64,000 nucleotides of DNA from an uncultured Clostridia bacterium (GTDB taxonomy: Bacteria; Bacillota; Clostridia; Oscillospirales; UBA644): NCBI GenBank assembly GCA_948443805.1, contig CAOJUB010000003.1, forward strand, positions 1,086 to 65,085, in the 5' to 3' direction. The notes under the pieces are model-generated. The model saw only the letters and a list, made by a program, of their open reading frames with translations. It searched no databases and was not told where the DNA came from. Below are positions 8,865 to 18,549 of this stretch, one piece after another; position 1 is the first letter of the stretch; the number at the start of each line of letters is the position of its first letter. A program made the translations under genes and the position numbers.

Positions 8865-10232
8865 ATGCGCAATCGGTTCGGTTGTTTTTTGCGTGTTTTG
8901 TCCCGGTGGAAAACGGCGGTTTTCTGCCTTATTCTGTGCACGGTATTGGTGTTCGGTATGTTTCCCTGCGCGCCGTTTTCGGCGGAGGAATTATTTTATG
9001 ATATTTCCGATCTTTCGGTTTATCCTGTTTCAGGCGGTTCTCTTTATTTTTATCCGGCGGAGGGAACGGTTGTCGGGTGTGATCCCTCTGTTACTTTCGC
9101 TGAGATTCCGTCGGCAATTGACGGCGTGGCGGTTAAAAAAATCGGAGAATATTCTTTTGCCGGCTTACCGGAACTTACCGGCGTTGCATTGCCGGATACC
9201 GTAACGGAAATCGGGGATTTTGCGTTTAGCGAGTGCGTTTCTCTTACGGATATCACGCTGCCGGAAAGCGTAAAAATCATTGGCGTCGGGGCGTTTCTTT
9301 CCTGTTTGTCTCTGCCGCGTATCGAAATCCCTTCCGGCGCTTTCCTGCGGGATTCGCTTGGTTCGGAGACGATTCCCGAACCGCTTTCCTTTGCCGATTT
9401 TTTGTTCTACGGCTGTTTCAGCCTGTCTGAAATTGAGGTTCGTAGCGGAAATTTGCTCTACTCTTCGATCAACGGGGTTTTAATGAACCGGGAACAAACA
9501 AAAATTTTAAAATATCCGGGCGGAAAGACCGGTTCTTCCTATCAGATTCCCGATTGCGTAACGGATATTTCGGTATTGGCATTCAGCGACAGCACGGCGT
9601 TGACTGCGCTTGTTGTCGGCGACGGAAATCCTGTTTATGCCTCGGAAAATGGTTTTTTGCTCAGTAAGGATAAAAAAATACTGTTCCGTTCGGTTTTGGG
9701 TGGGTATTCTTCCGCGCTTCCGGAAGGAATCACGGAAATCGGCGATTTTGCGTTTTTCGGCGGCTTTTGCCCGGCTTCTGTGGTGATTCCCGATACGGTA
9801 ACAAAAATCGGCGCTTATGCGTTTGCTGCCGGATTGTATCCTGCTTTTACCCTGCCTTCGGGACTTTGCGAAATTGGCGACTGTGCTTTTCAGGGGCTGG
9901 TTCCCGCTGAAATTCTTTTTCAGGGCGAGAAGGCCGGATGGGAACAAATCCGTTTCGGAGAAAGTGTTTTTGCTTTCGGAACGAAAGTTATCGGGGCTTC
10001 CGGCGAGACGGTCTATGTGCTTAATTTTCTCGGCGATGTCAACGGGGACGGAGGGGTCGATGTCCGTGATTCGGTTCTTGTTGCCCGTTATCTGGCAAAG
10101 TGGGAGATTGTTATTGATCTGCAGGCCGCCGATATTGATCACAGCGGCGATGTGAATTCCCGGGACCGGATTCTGTTGGTCCGCCACCTGGCGTCTTGGG
10201 ATATCCCGTATTTTCACCCGTTTTTCTCTTGA
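8865..10232 (+). CDS. Secreted BspA-type leucine-rich-repeat protein with C-terminal dockerin
   Basis: Signal peptide; LPDTVTEIGDFAF-type repeats; paired GDVNGDGGVDVRD / ADIDHSGDVNSRD Ca-binding loops. Confidence 0.85.
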   Translation: MRNRFGCFLRVLSRWKTAVFCLILCTVLVFGMFPCAPFSAEELFYDISDLSVYPVSGGSLYFYPAEGTVVGCDPSVTFAEIPSAIDGVAVKKIGEYSFAGLPELTGVALPDTVTEIGDFAFSECVSLTDITLPESVKIIGVGAFLSCLSLPRIEIPSGAFLRDSLGSETIPEPLSFADFLFYGCFSLSEIEVRSGNLLYSSINGVLMNREQTKILKYPGGKTGSSYQIPDCVTDISVLAFSDSTALTALVVGDGNPVYASENGFLLSKDKKILFRSVLGGYSSALPEGITEIGDFAFFGGFCPASVVIPDTVTKIGAYAFAAGLYPAFTLPSGLCEIGDCAFQGLVPAEILFQGEKAGWEQIRFGESVFAFGTKVIGASGETVYVLNFLGDVNGDGGVDVRDSVLVARYLAKWEIVIDLQAADIDHSGDVNSRDRILLVRHLASWDIPYFHPFFS

Positions 10233-10253
10233 TTAACGAAATGATTTTTTAAC

Positions 10254-10285
10254 AAAAGAGACCGCTGTTTTCAGCGGTCTCTTTT
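10254..10285. terminator. Bidirectional terminator
   Basis: AAAAGAGACCGCTG-TTTT-CAGCGGTCTCTTTT between convergent genes. Confidence 0.85.
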
Positions 10286-10295
10286 GTTATTTTTT

Positions 10296-10835
10296 TCAGT
10301 GGTTTTGCGCTGCGTTGATTTTTTCTTTCCAGACGTCTTTTGTTCTTGCGCCGAGAACCATTTCCGCAATGGTTCCGTCTGGGCTGATAATAACGGTCAG
10401 CGGAATGGCGTCGGTCGGATATCGTTGGCTGATCGTTCCGTCTGTGTCAGCAATGATGTCAAACGTAAATCCTTTTTTTTCGATAAAATCTTTGATTTTG
10501 TTTTCGCTTTCTCCGGTATTGACGCCGATAAAACGGACGCTTTCCCCGTATTCGCCGGCAAGTTCTTCAAAATAGGGCATTTCCATCACGCAGTATCCGC
10601 ACCAGGTTGCCCAGAAATTGAGCACAACGGTTTTCCCGGTTTGTTCGGAAAGCGTAAAGGCTTCTCCGGATAACAATGTTGTTTCAAAATCCGGCGCTTT
10701 ATATCCGGCTTCGGCTTTTTCTTCGGCTGCCGGAAGCGAAGGCGCAGGCTCTTTTTTTCCGGCGCAGGCGGTCAGCATGGCGGCAAAGAGAGAAAAGATG
10801 AAAAAGAATACAAGAATACGGGAGGCTTTTTTCAT
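10296..10835 (-). CDS. TlpA/ResA-family thiol-disulfide oxidoreductase lipoprotein
   Basis: Lipobox LTAC; APDF...LNFWATWCGYC; cis-Pro AIP. Confidence 0.9.
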   Translation of the reverse strand: MKKASRILVFFFIFSLFAAMLTACAGKKEPAPSLPAAEEKAEAGYKAPDFETTLLSGEAFTLSEQTGKTVVLNFWATWCGYCVMEMPYFEELAGEYGESVRFIGVNTGESENKIKDFIEKKGFTFDIIADTDGTISQRYPTDAIPLTVIISPDGTIAEMVLGARTKDVWKEKINAAQNH

Positions 10836-11725
10836 GATCGGTCGTCCTTTCTTTTTTTGTTTACAGGGTCGTTTTTTTTCATTATTTTTGGAAAAAAGGA
10901 AGGGTCAACGGCGTTTTCCGGACATACGGCGGCGCATTCGCCGCAGCGGATACATTCGCTTCCGTTAATTTTGCTTACATCCATTTTACAGAAACGGACG
11001 CATTTTCCACAGCCGGTGCAGGCTTTGGGATCGACCCGTACGCCGAGGATTGCCACCGGATTGAAAAGCGCATAGATCGCGCCGAGCGGACAGAGAAAGC
11101 GGCAGAAAGCGCGGAAGATAAAAACGCAGCCAAGCAGGATCAGCAGGGCGATGCAAACCTTCCAGCTGAACAAAAAACCGATTGTTTCTCTCAGCAGGGG
11201 GTTGGCAATGACCAGCGGAATGCCGCCTTCGACCGTTCCGGCCGGACAGAGAAATTTACAGAAGCCGGGAACGGCTGTTCCGGTGACAAAAAGCGTGGCG
11301 ACCGGCCACCCGATCACCAGAACGGCAAGAATCAGATATTTAAGAAACGAGAGTTTTTTTGTGATTTTATTTTTTTTGAGTTTCGGCGTCGGAATGCGGT
11401 ACAGCAATTCCTGCAAAAAACCGAAGGGACAAAGAAATCCGCAGACCGCACGACCAAGAAGCACACCGGTCAGCAGGAGAAAACCAACGGCATAAAGCGG
11501 CAGTTTATAGCGCAGTTCTCCGAATGCATTCTGCAACACCCCGAGCGGGCAGGCGCCGACAGCGCCCGGGCAGGAATAGCAGTTCAGCCCCGGAACGCAA
11601 ATCCCTTTGCTTTTTCCTTTAAAGAGTCCGCCGGTCAGAAATCCGCCGAGGTTGGCGTTATAGATCAGGGCGGAAAGCAGTTGGATGAGCCGCCGTTTTT
11701 TTGTTTTGAAATCCGGTTTTTTCAT
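10832..11725 (-). CDS. Membrane 4Fe-4S binding protein (NapH/YccM-like)
   Basis: CxxxCP motifs, TM helices, two C-terminal CxxCxxCxxxC ferredoxin motifs. Confidence 0.9.
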   Translation of the reverse strand: MKKPDFKTKKRRLIQLLSALIYNANLGGFLTGGLFKGKSKGICVPGLNCYSCPGAVGACPLGVLQNAFGELRYKLPLYAVGFLLLTGVLLGRAVCGFLCPFGFLQELLYRIPTPKLKKNKITKKLSFLKYLILAVLVIGWPVATLFVTGTAVPGFCKFLCPAGTVEGGIPLVIANPLLRETIGFLFSWKVCIALLILLGCVFIFRAFCRFLCPLGAIYALFNPVAILGVRVDPKACTGCGKCVRFCKMDVSKINGSECIRCGECAAVCPENAVDPSFFPKIMKKNDPVNKKRKDDRS

Positions 11726-12282
11726 CGGCAGAAAAACCCTTTCTTTTTTTGTTCGGCGTAATCGTCCGCTGTCATGAGGTATACTTCCTCATCGAGCGTT
11801 TCGCCGTCGAACCGCTTCCAGCTTTTTTCTATGCGTTTTTGATACCGGAAGCCCGATTTTTCAATGACTTTCTGAGACTGCCTGTTGAACGGAAAGTGCG
11901 ATACGGCAAGGCTGTTGATCCGCATGGTTTCAAAGGCATAGCCGATTACGGCGCGCACCGCTTCGGGCATCAGCCCCTGCCCCCATTTTTCTTCGGCAAG
12001 TACATATCCGAGTTCACGGTCGTAGACAATGTCCCCTTTAGGGGAAGAATCATGCAGGCCGATCGATCCGATGACCCGGCCGCTTTCCTTTTCCTGCAGC
12101 GCCCAGACATTGCCGTCCCGGATGAACATACGAATGATATCCCGGCTTTCTTCTATGTTTCCGTGCGGTTTCCAGCCTGCCATCGGACCGACTTTGTCCG
12201 AGGAAGCATAGCGGTAAAGATCTTCGGCGTCGCTTTCCGTCCAGCTCCGGAGTATCAGCCGTTTGGTCTGAATTTGTTCCAT
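11722..12282 (-). CDS. RimJ/RimL-family GNAT acetyltransferase
   Basis: TKRLILR, ELGY...WGQGLMPEA, NRQSQKVIEKSGF. Confidence 0.9.
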   Translation of the reverse strand: MEQIQTKRLILRSWTESDAEDLYRYASSDKVGPMAGWKPHGNIEESRDIIRMFIRDGNVWALQEKESGRVIGSIGLHDSSPKGDIVYDRELGYVLAEEKWGQGLMPEAVRAVIGYAFETMRINSLAVSHFPFNRQSQKVIEKSGFRYQKRIEKSWKRFDGETLDEEVYLMTADDYAEQKKKGFFCR

Positions 12283-12438
12283 TTTTCCCCCTTTCCGGAA
12301 TATAACCGGTTATCATAATTTTTGTTTATTCATGTTTTGAATCAAGAACAGAAACAATAGATTTTCTGTCATAAATTATTTCTCTTGAAGGAGTACTGTC
12401 ACCGGCAGCGCAGCGCAGAGAACCTCTTGTTGTTCTTT

Positions 12439-12467
12439 ATTATACAGCAAATACCGCAGAAAGTCAA
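12439..12467 (-). promoter_or_regulatory. SigA-type promoter of the GNAT/4Fe-4S/TlpA operon
   Basis: TTGACT-17-TATAAT. Confidence 0.75.
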
Positions 12468-12592
12468 CCCATTCCTGCTTTGATAATACGGGGAAAGCAA
12501 CCCATGCCGGTGTTGATTCAGCGGGCATGGAAATGTATGGAAAAAAGGAACCGGTTCGTTGAAAGAAACCGTTTCCTTTTTTTGCCTGAATG

Positions 12593-13906
12593 TTATCCCT
12601 GATTCAATTTCTGATAAGCGGTCAGCGCTTCTTTGAGGTTCATTCCGTCTATTGTCATGCCGTCGATATCGCAGTTTTTTATTCTGCAATTTTTCAGACT
12701 GCAGTTTTGAAAGGAACTGTTTTCCAGATCGCTGTAGCGGAAATCGGAATCATTCATGGCGTTATCGTAATAACAGCCGTTTTTTAGGTAGTTGTCATAC
12801 AATACGATATTTCCGACAAAACTATCGGTAATCCGCCAGTTCCCCATATAATTGTCGTACCAGTCGGCATTGGCCATGGAACAGCGGAGCCAGGAAAGGT
12901 TTGTTAGATCATCGGTTTCGTCCAGTCCGCGAGCAAACCGGTATTTCCTGTCGTTGTAAATCTGTTCAAATGGTTTTGAGAGAACTTGATACTGATCGCG
13001 CCGGTTTGCGCCGGTAAGATATTGAAATCCGTTGTCTTCCCGGAAGAGCGTTTTTTTCATTTCGCAGTCAGGATAACAATATTCGTTCGTTTCCTCGCTT
13101 TCAAACATGAGCCAGCACAAAATCTCCGGGTGGTTCTGTTTTAACAGTTCGAAAATATAGACGGTATCCTCCGGCTCCTGATAGGCAAGGTTCCGGATTG
13201 TCATGGAATCCCTGCCGGTATAGGCCAGGTTGACAGCGCCGATACAAACTTCTTGCTGTATCAGTTTATACCACCAGCGGCATTCCGGCATCTGCAAATC
13301 CTGCGAAAAATGATAATAAGCCAAAAGTTCTTCGACTTGCTTGGTATTGGCATAACAGCGTCTGACAACTTCGGATACTTCCGGAATATCTTTTTCTGTC
13401 ATGATTTCCAAAGCCAGACCGGTGTCTGCAATATCGACCGACGGTTTGGACGGTGTTTCTATTGCAATTTCCCGTTTCGGGTCGGGAAAAACCGTTTTTA
13501 ATGCTGTTTTTACTTCTTGGGCCTGAGCGGAATGTTCCGTATCGAGATACTGATATACGCTTTCTATATTTTGTCGCTCTTTGAGCATATTTAGTATATG
13601 GCTCAAAATTATTCCCATGGTATGCAGCGAATCGGTGTCTTTTTTTGTTCGATTCTGTTGTTCTGTCAAGGCTGCGATCCCTTTTGACAATTCATGGGAA
13701 GAAAAAATCATCTGGATGGCCGGAAGGGACAGCCTGATTTTACGCAGAAAAATAATTTGCTTTATTTTTTCTATGTTTTCCTCATCGTAAAGCCGGGAAT
13801 CGTTTTCATCGCATGAGCTTTGCAGAAGGCCGGCGTTTTCCCAGTAATGCAGAGACCGGGAAGAAATGCCAAAGTGGTTTATTGCTTCGTTCCTTTTCAT
13901 ACGCAT
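12593..13906 (-). CDS. MerR-family regulator fused to a central GNAT-like region and C-terminal pentapeptide repeats
   Basis: N-terminal GISSRSLHYWENAGLL...RLYDEENIEKIKQIIFLR; C-terminal SDFRY-SDLEN-SSFQN-CSLKN-CRIKN-CDIDG. Confidence 0.8.
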   Translation of the reverse strand: MRMKRNEAINHFGISSRSLHYWENAGLLQSSCDENDSRLYDEENIEKIKQIIFLRKIRLSLPAIQMIFSSHELSKGIAALTEQQNRTKKDTDSLHTMGIILSHILNMLKERQNIESVYQYLDTEHSAQAQEVKTALKTVFPDPKREIAIETPSKPSVDIADTGLALEIMTEKDIPEVSEVVRRCYANTKQVEELLAYYHFSQDLQMPECRWWYKLIQQEVCIGAVNLAYTGRDSMTIRNLAYQEPEDTVYIFELLKQNHPEILCWLMFESEETNEYCYPDCEMKKTLFREDNGFQYLTGANRRDQYQVLSKPFEQIYNDRKYRFARGLDETDDLTNLSWLRCSMANADWYDNYMGNWRITDSFVGNIVLYDNYLKNGCYYDNAMNDSDFRYSDLENSSFQNCSLKNCRIKNCDIDGMTIDGMNLKEALTAYQKLNQG

Positions 13907-13934
13907 AGAATCACTTCCTATTTATAATAATCAT

Positions 13935-13965
13935 ATTATACAGCTTGACCTCGGGTCAAAGTCAA
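13935..13965 (-). promoter_or_regulatory. MerR-type promoter/operator
   Basis: TTGACT-19 bp-TATAAT with inverted repeat TTGACC-N3-GGTCAA (13945-13959) in the spacer. Confidence 0.85.
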
Positions 13966-14058
13966 GATATTTCAAAAAAAATTCAATTTTTAGTTTGAAG
14001 CCGTTCGGTTTATTTTTTTCGGAAATGAGAATTCTTTCCGACAATCGCCGCCGGGATA

Positions 14059-14087
14059 TTGACAGCAGTTCTTTTTGTTGTTATAAT
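14059..14087 (+). promoter_or_regulatory. SigA-type promoter for tyrA
   Basis: TTGACA-17-TATAAT with TG extension. Confidence 0.8.
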
Positions 14088-14138
14088 GAACAACAGAATA
14101 CTGCCCTGCGGCAGTGAAGAAAGGACTGGACCGATACC

Positions 14139-14972
14139 ATGAGAATTGTCATCGTCGGGCTTGGCGTCATCGGCGGATCATTCGCTATTTCCCTGAAGAA
14201 AGCGGGGTATCATGACGTGTATGGAATCGATACCGATCCGGCAACGATAGAAAAAGCGAAGTCTGCCGGCATAATTGTTGACGGAAATGCTTCGGGCGAG
14301 GCGTTTCTGCGGCAGGCTGATTTGACAGTGATTTCTCTGTATCCCCGGTTAATTAAAGGCTTTTTGGAGAAAAACCGGGAGAATTTCAAGCCGGGATCCA
14401 TCATTACCGATGCGACCGGTATTAAAATGAACTTGCTTCGGGAAATCGAGGGAATTATTCCCGAAACGGTTGATTTTATTTTCGGCCATCCCATGGCCGG
14501 CCGGGAAAAAAAGGGCATTGACTATGCTTCGGCGGAAGTATTCCGAAATGCGAACTATATTATAACGCCGACTGAAAAAAACCGGCCGGAAAATATAGAA
14601 ATCCTTAAAAAAATTATTTCCGATATGGGATTCGGCCATATTTGCGCCGTTACTCCCGAGGAACATGACGAACTGATCGGGTTTACTTCACAGCTTCCGC
14701 ACGCGATGGCGGTCGCGCTGATTAACAGTGATAAAGAAGGCCGCAACACCGGCTTGTTTATCGGCGACAGTTACCGCGATCTGACCCGGATTGCCAATAT
14801 CAATGAAGACCTGTGGAGTGAACTGTTTCTTGGCAATAAGGAAAATCTTCTGATGGCGATCAATAATTTCGAAATAGAATTGGATCTGATCAAAAAAGCA
14901 GTTTTCGAGAACGACCGGGAAACACTTTGCCGGTTTTTCCGGAAATCATCGTCCCGCCGGGAAAAGCTTTAA
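14139..14972 (+). CDS. tyrA: Prephenate dehydrogenase
   Basis: GLGVIGGS Rossmann motif, HPMAGRE, HD..I..TSQLPH, DLTRIA. Confidence 0.9.
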   Translation: MRIVIVGLGVIGGSFAISLKKAGYHDVYGIDTDPATIEKAKSAGIIVDGNASGEAFLRQADLTVISLYPRLIKGFLEKNRENFKPGSIITDATGIKMNLLREIEGIIPETVDFIFGHPMAGREKKGIDYASAEVFRNANYIITPTEKNRPENIEILKKIISDMGFGHICAVTPEEHDELIGFTSQLPHAMAVALINSDKEGRNTGLFIGDSYRDLTRIANINEDLWSELFLGNKENLLMAINNFEIELDLIKKAVFENDRETLCRFFRKSSSRREKL

Positions 14973-15118
14973 TGCTTACTTGGTTGAATTTGGTCGGTAA
15001 AAAATCTTTTTTTCCGGAGAAAATAGAGAACAGGCAGGAAAAAAAATGACAGGTTTCCGTTTGCGTTATGCAGCCGGAAACTTTTTTTCCGCAATTTTGT
15101 AAAAAAGGAAGGATTTTC

Positions 15119-15547
15119 ATGAAAGTAAAAGAAATTATGACCGATCAGGTTGTCAGTGTGGAACGTTATGACCCGGTCACGAAAGCTGCCGGTTTGATGA
15201 AACAATGCGATATCGGTTCGGTTCCGGTTCGGTCTGAGGGAAAATTCTGCGGGATTCTGACCGACAGGGATATTGTTCTCCGCTGTGTGGCTTCGGGAGA
15301 TTCCGCGGAAAATATGACGGTGGGGCAGATTATGACAAGCGGTGAACTGGCCTGTGTTTCTCCAGAGCATTCGGTAACGGAAGCGGCAAGGATTATGGCG
15401 AAGGAACAGGTACGGCGGCTGCCTGTTTGTAAAAACGGAGAGGTTGTCGGTATGATCAGCCTGAGCGATATCGCTTCGACAAAGCAGATGTTTTCCGAGA
15501 CGGCGGCGGCTTTTTGCGATATTTGCGGCAAAAAGAAAAGAAAATAA
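15119..15547 (+). CDS. CBS-domain protein (YlbB/YhcV-like)
   Basis: MKVKEIMT, GILTDRDIV, QVRRLPV; AAGGA RBS. Confidence 0.9.
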   Translation: MKVKEIMTDQVVSVERYDPVTKAAGLMKQCDIGSVPVRSEGKFCGILTDRDIVLRCVASGDSAENMTVGQIMTSGELACVSPEHSVTEAARIMAKEQVRRLPVCKNGEVVGMISLSDIASTKQMFSETAAAFCDICGKKKRK

Positions 15548-15698
15548 AAGAAAAGACCGTTGGTTGTGCGGCCGTTGCTTTTTTAGCAACGGCCGCATAT
15601 GCTGTATGGGACGGTTTTGTCTCAAAAGTTCCCGGAGGGAGGATAAAAAAAGGGAAGGGAAGCCCGAAAAACGGTTTCTCCCTTCGGATAAAAAAGGA

Positions 15699-16583
15699 GT
15701 GGTATGTATTACCAATACGGAATTTGTCGGTAGATTGACCGATTTAGCAAATAATTACCGAACAAAATATATGTGGGGCACTTTCGGTTCGCTGATTTCC
15801 TCTGAATTAATCCGTCAGAAGGTGGCGCAATATCCCAATAACTACAGTACGGAACGGCAGAATGTGCTGGCCGGTCTTTCCGGCAAACAGGTGTGGGCTT
15901 TTGACTGCGTCGGTTTGATCAAAGGCATTTTGTGGGGCTGGCATGGCTCTGTGAACGAAACCTATGGCGGGGCGGTATATGCTTCCGGCGGCGTTCCCGA
16001 TGCAACGGCTGACGGGCTGTTTCGGCTATGCGGAAAATCTGGGGAAGTTTCGGAAAATCTGCCTGTTGGGTCGGTTTTGTCTCTTCCCGGACATATCGGC
16101 GTATATGCAGGGAACCGCCGGGTCATTGAAGCCACGCTGGGCCGCCGGGGCGACGGGGTTGTGTTTTCCGATCTTGCCGATGCCGGATGGCGCGGAAGCG
16201 CGCTTCTTCCCTGGGTGGAATATCCGGGTTCGCCTTCGGGCGCCGACCCCTCGGCCATCCGCCGGTATCTTACCGGACAAAACGTCGGCGACAGCATCGG
16301 GGAAATGGATCTGGACGGAGACGGCAAGGTAAATGCGAAGGATTTGGTTCTTGCGCAGCGGAAAAATTCTCCGGCTGCCGTTCCCGGCAGTGTTGTCCGG
16401 ATCAAGCCCGGGGCAAGGGTTTACGGAAAGAGCTATGGGTTTGCTTCTTTTGTCTATGATACCGAGTGGATTGTGAAAGAAGTGAACGGAGACCGGGCGG
16501 TGATCGACAGCAGTGCAGACGGCGGAGAACATATTAATTCCCCTGTCAGCGTGCAGGATTTGATTTTGACTGGAAACCGATGA
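15699..16583 (+). CDS. Endolysin-like Cys/His peptidoglycan hydrolase with degenerate dockerin and SH3-like tail; start codon uncertain
   Basis: YMWGTFG, FDCVGLIKGILWGW, GHIGVYAG...VIEAT; DLDGDGKVNAKD loop; PGSVVRIK...GDRAVI C-terminus. Confidence 0.75.
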   Translation: MVCITNTEFVGRLTDLANNYRTKYMWGTFGSLISSELIRQKVAQYPNNYSTERQNVLAGLSGKQVWAFDCVGLIKGILWGWHGSVNETYGGAVYASGGVPDATADGLFRLCGKSGEVSENLPVGSVLSLPGHIGVYAGNRRVIEATLGRRGDGVVFSDLADAGWRGSALLPWVEYPGSPSGADPSAIRRYLTGQNVGDSIGEMDLDGDGKVNAKDLVLAQRKNSPAAVPGSVVRIKPGARVYGKSYGFASFVYDTEWIVKEVNGDRAVIDSSADGGEHINSPVSVQDLILTGNR

Positions 16584-16847
16584 TTTTGCTTTCTGTTTCC
16601 GGAAGGGAAACGGCGCGGCATGAGACGCGTGATGTTTTCAAAAAAAGAGAGGCTTGACCTCTCTTTTTTTGATTGTTTTTTATTTGAAAAAAATGGAACA
16701 ATCTGCAGGGAAGGACTTGAAATTTTTAAAAAAATGTTGTATAATAAAAAAGAATACAATGTCGGCTCTTTTGCCGGTTTGTTTTTTTCCAACAGCCCGG
16801 CGGCGACGGGGTTTGAAAATAGTTTCGCCGAGAAACGGGGTTTTATC

Positions 16848-17681
16848 ATGAAAACAAAATATTATCTGAAACTTCTTTTTCCGCTGTCGCTTTTCGGCGC
16901 GCTGTTCCGGGTTCTGGAGATTCTTTTTGCAGTGGATGCACATACGTCGCTTTTCCTTCCCGGAAGTATTATTCCGACGGTGTTTAACATCTACTGCGTG
17001 CTGGTGACTCTCTTTTTTCTTTCCGGGCTGATTTTTCTTCCTGAGCGGAAACAGAAATCGCCTGCGGGCTATGCCTCTTTTGATCCGCCGGCGAAATTTC
17101 TTTTTATCCTTGCCGCAGTCCTAATTCTTTCGCTGTCTTTATATGAGTTTGTGACGGAATTTTTTGCGGGAAAGATTTCTTCTGCTAAAGCCCTGTTCAC
17201 TTCGTTGCCGTTTTATCTGCTGGTCTGCGGAATTATCGCCGCGCTGTATTATATTCAGCTTGCGGTTTCTCCTGAGCGGATATTCCGGAACATGGTATTT
17301 AAATTTTTTGCGCTGGCGCTTCCGATTTTTTATACGCTGGTTCTGTTTGACGTTTTCCTGAACGGAGACCCTGTGATTATCCGGGTTTATGAACCGTTTG
17401 ACGTAGTCCGGACGGCGGCGATCGTTCTGGCGATGATGAGTTTTGCGAAACTTTGTATTTCTCAGTTTTCCCGCAGGAATTTTGTTGTATACGCGATGAT
17501 CGCGGCTTTTTATTCGAGCATTCGCTTTGCCGATCTGGTGCTGTTTTTGTTCCCGTCAAATCCGTATAATATTTCCATGCGCATGATTCATCTGCTGTGT
17601 GATATTTTTGTTGTCGCTTCATTTTTTGTGCTGATTCCCCGCAAGCAGAAAAAAAAGATGAAAGCCGAACGGGAAAATTAA
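16848..17681 (+). CDS. Multi-pass membrane protein of unknown function
   Basis: About 8 hydrophobic segments; TTGAAA-17-TATAAT upstream at 16717-16745. Confidence 0.7.
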   Translation: MKTKYYLKLLFPLSLFGALFRVLEILFAVDAHTSLFLPGSIIPTVFNIYCVLVTLFFLSGLIFLPERKQKSPAGYASFDPPAKFLFILAAVLILSLSLYEFVTEFFAGKISSAKALFTSLPFYLLVCGIIAALYYIQLAVSPERIFRNMVFKFFALALPIFYTLVLFDVFLNGDPVIIRVYEPFDVVRTAAIVLAMMSFAKLCISQFSRRNFVVYAMIAAFYSSIRFADLVLFLFPSNPYNISMRMIHLLCDIFVVASFFVLIPRKQKKKMKAEREN

Positions 17682-17760
17682 AAAATAGGATTTTTGCGGC
17701 AGATAAATTTTTCTGCCGCATTTTTTATTCTTTATGGGGAAAGGACAGGAGAACCGTTTG

Positions 17761-18495
17761 ATGAAAAATGTATTGATTACCGGCGCTTCGGGCGGGATCG
17801 GCCGTGCGGCGGCAGTTGCTTTCGCAGCAAAAGGATATCATGTGGCGATTCATTACCGTTCGGATATCGAAGGCGCGGAAAAAACCCGCCAGCGCTGTAA
17901 AAACGCGGGCAAAGGTCGGATTTTTGTCTTTCAGGGAGATGTTTCGAAAGCGACCGATGTTTCTTATATGTTTGACCGGATTCAGGCCGAGATGGGCGGT
18001 CTGGATATTCTGATCAATAATGCAGGAATTTCGGATTTCGGGCTGGTTCAGGATACGTCCGAGGAAGATTGGGACCGATTATTTGCCGTGAACTGCAAAG
18101 GGGTGTTTTTGTGCAGCCGTGCGGCGGCGCTGATGATGCTGAAAAAGAAAACCGGTTCGATCGTTAATATCGGCTCGATGTGGGGGGAATGCGGCGCTTC
18201 TTGTGAAACGGCTTATTCGGCCTCAAAAGCAGCGGTTTCCGGCTTTACCAAAGCGTTGGCCAAAGAACTTGCGCCTTCCGGGATCCGGGTCAACTGCGTT
18301 GCGCCCGGTTTGATTGATACCGGAATGAACCGCCGCCTTACCAGGGAAGAACTTGTTTCCTTTGCCGAGGATACGCCGCTTGGGCGGATCGGGACGCCGG
18401 AAGAGGTCGCGAAAGCGATTGTCTTTCTTGCGGAAGAGGATTCTTCTTTTATTACCGGGCAGGTGCTTGCCGTGGACGGCGGCGTTACCATCTGA
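17761..18495 (+). CDS. ymfI: FabG-like SDR, YmfI type (EF-P 5-aminopentanone reductase-like)
   Basis: TGASGGIG, NNAG, SMWGECGASCETAYSASK signature. Confidence 0.75.
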   Translation: MKNVLITGASGGIGRAAAVAFAAKGYHVAIHYRSDIEGAEKTRQRCKNAGKGRIFVFQGDVSKATDVSYMFDRIQAEMGGLDILINNAGISDFGLVQDTSEEDWDRLFAVNCKGVFLCSRAAALMMLKKKTGSIVNIGSMWGECGASCETAYSASKAAVSGFTKALAKELAPSGIRVNCVAPGLIDTGMNRRLTREELVSFAEDTPLGRIGTPEEVAKAIVFLAEEDSSFITGQVLAVDGGVTI

Positions 18496-18502
18496 AAAAA
18501 TG

Positions 18503-18536
18503 AAAATCCGGGGAATTTCTGTTCCCCGGATTTTTT
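18503..18536. terminator. Bidirectional terminator
   Basis: AAAATCCGGGGAA-TTTCTG-TTCCCCGGATTTTTT. Confidence 0.8.
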
Positions 18537-18549
18537 GTGCAAAAAAATC

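Noticed and set aside
14088-14138. T-box before tyrA
   Set aside because: Leader too short; no T-box motif
15564-16583. Prophage around the endolysin-like gene
   Set aside because: No holin, structural, terminase or integrase genes nearby
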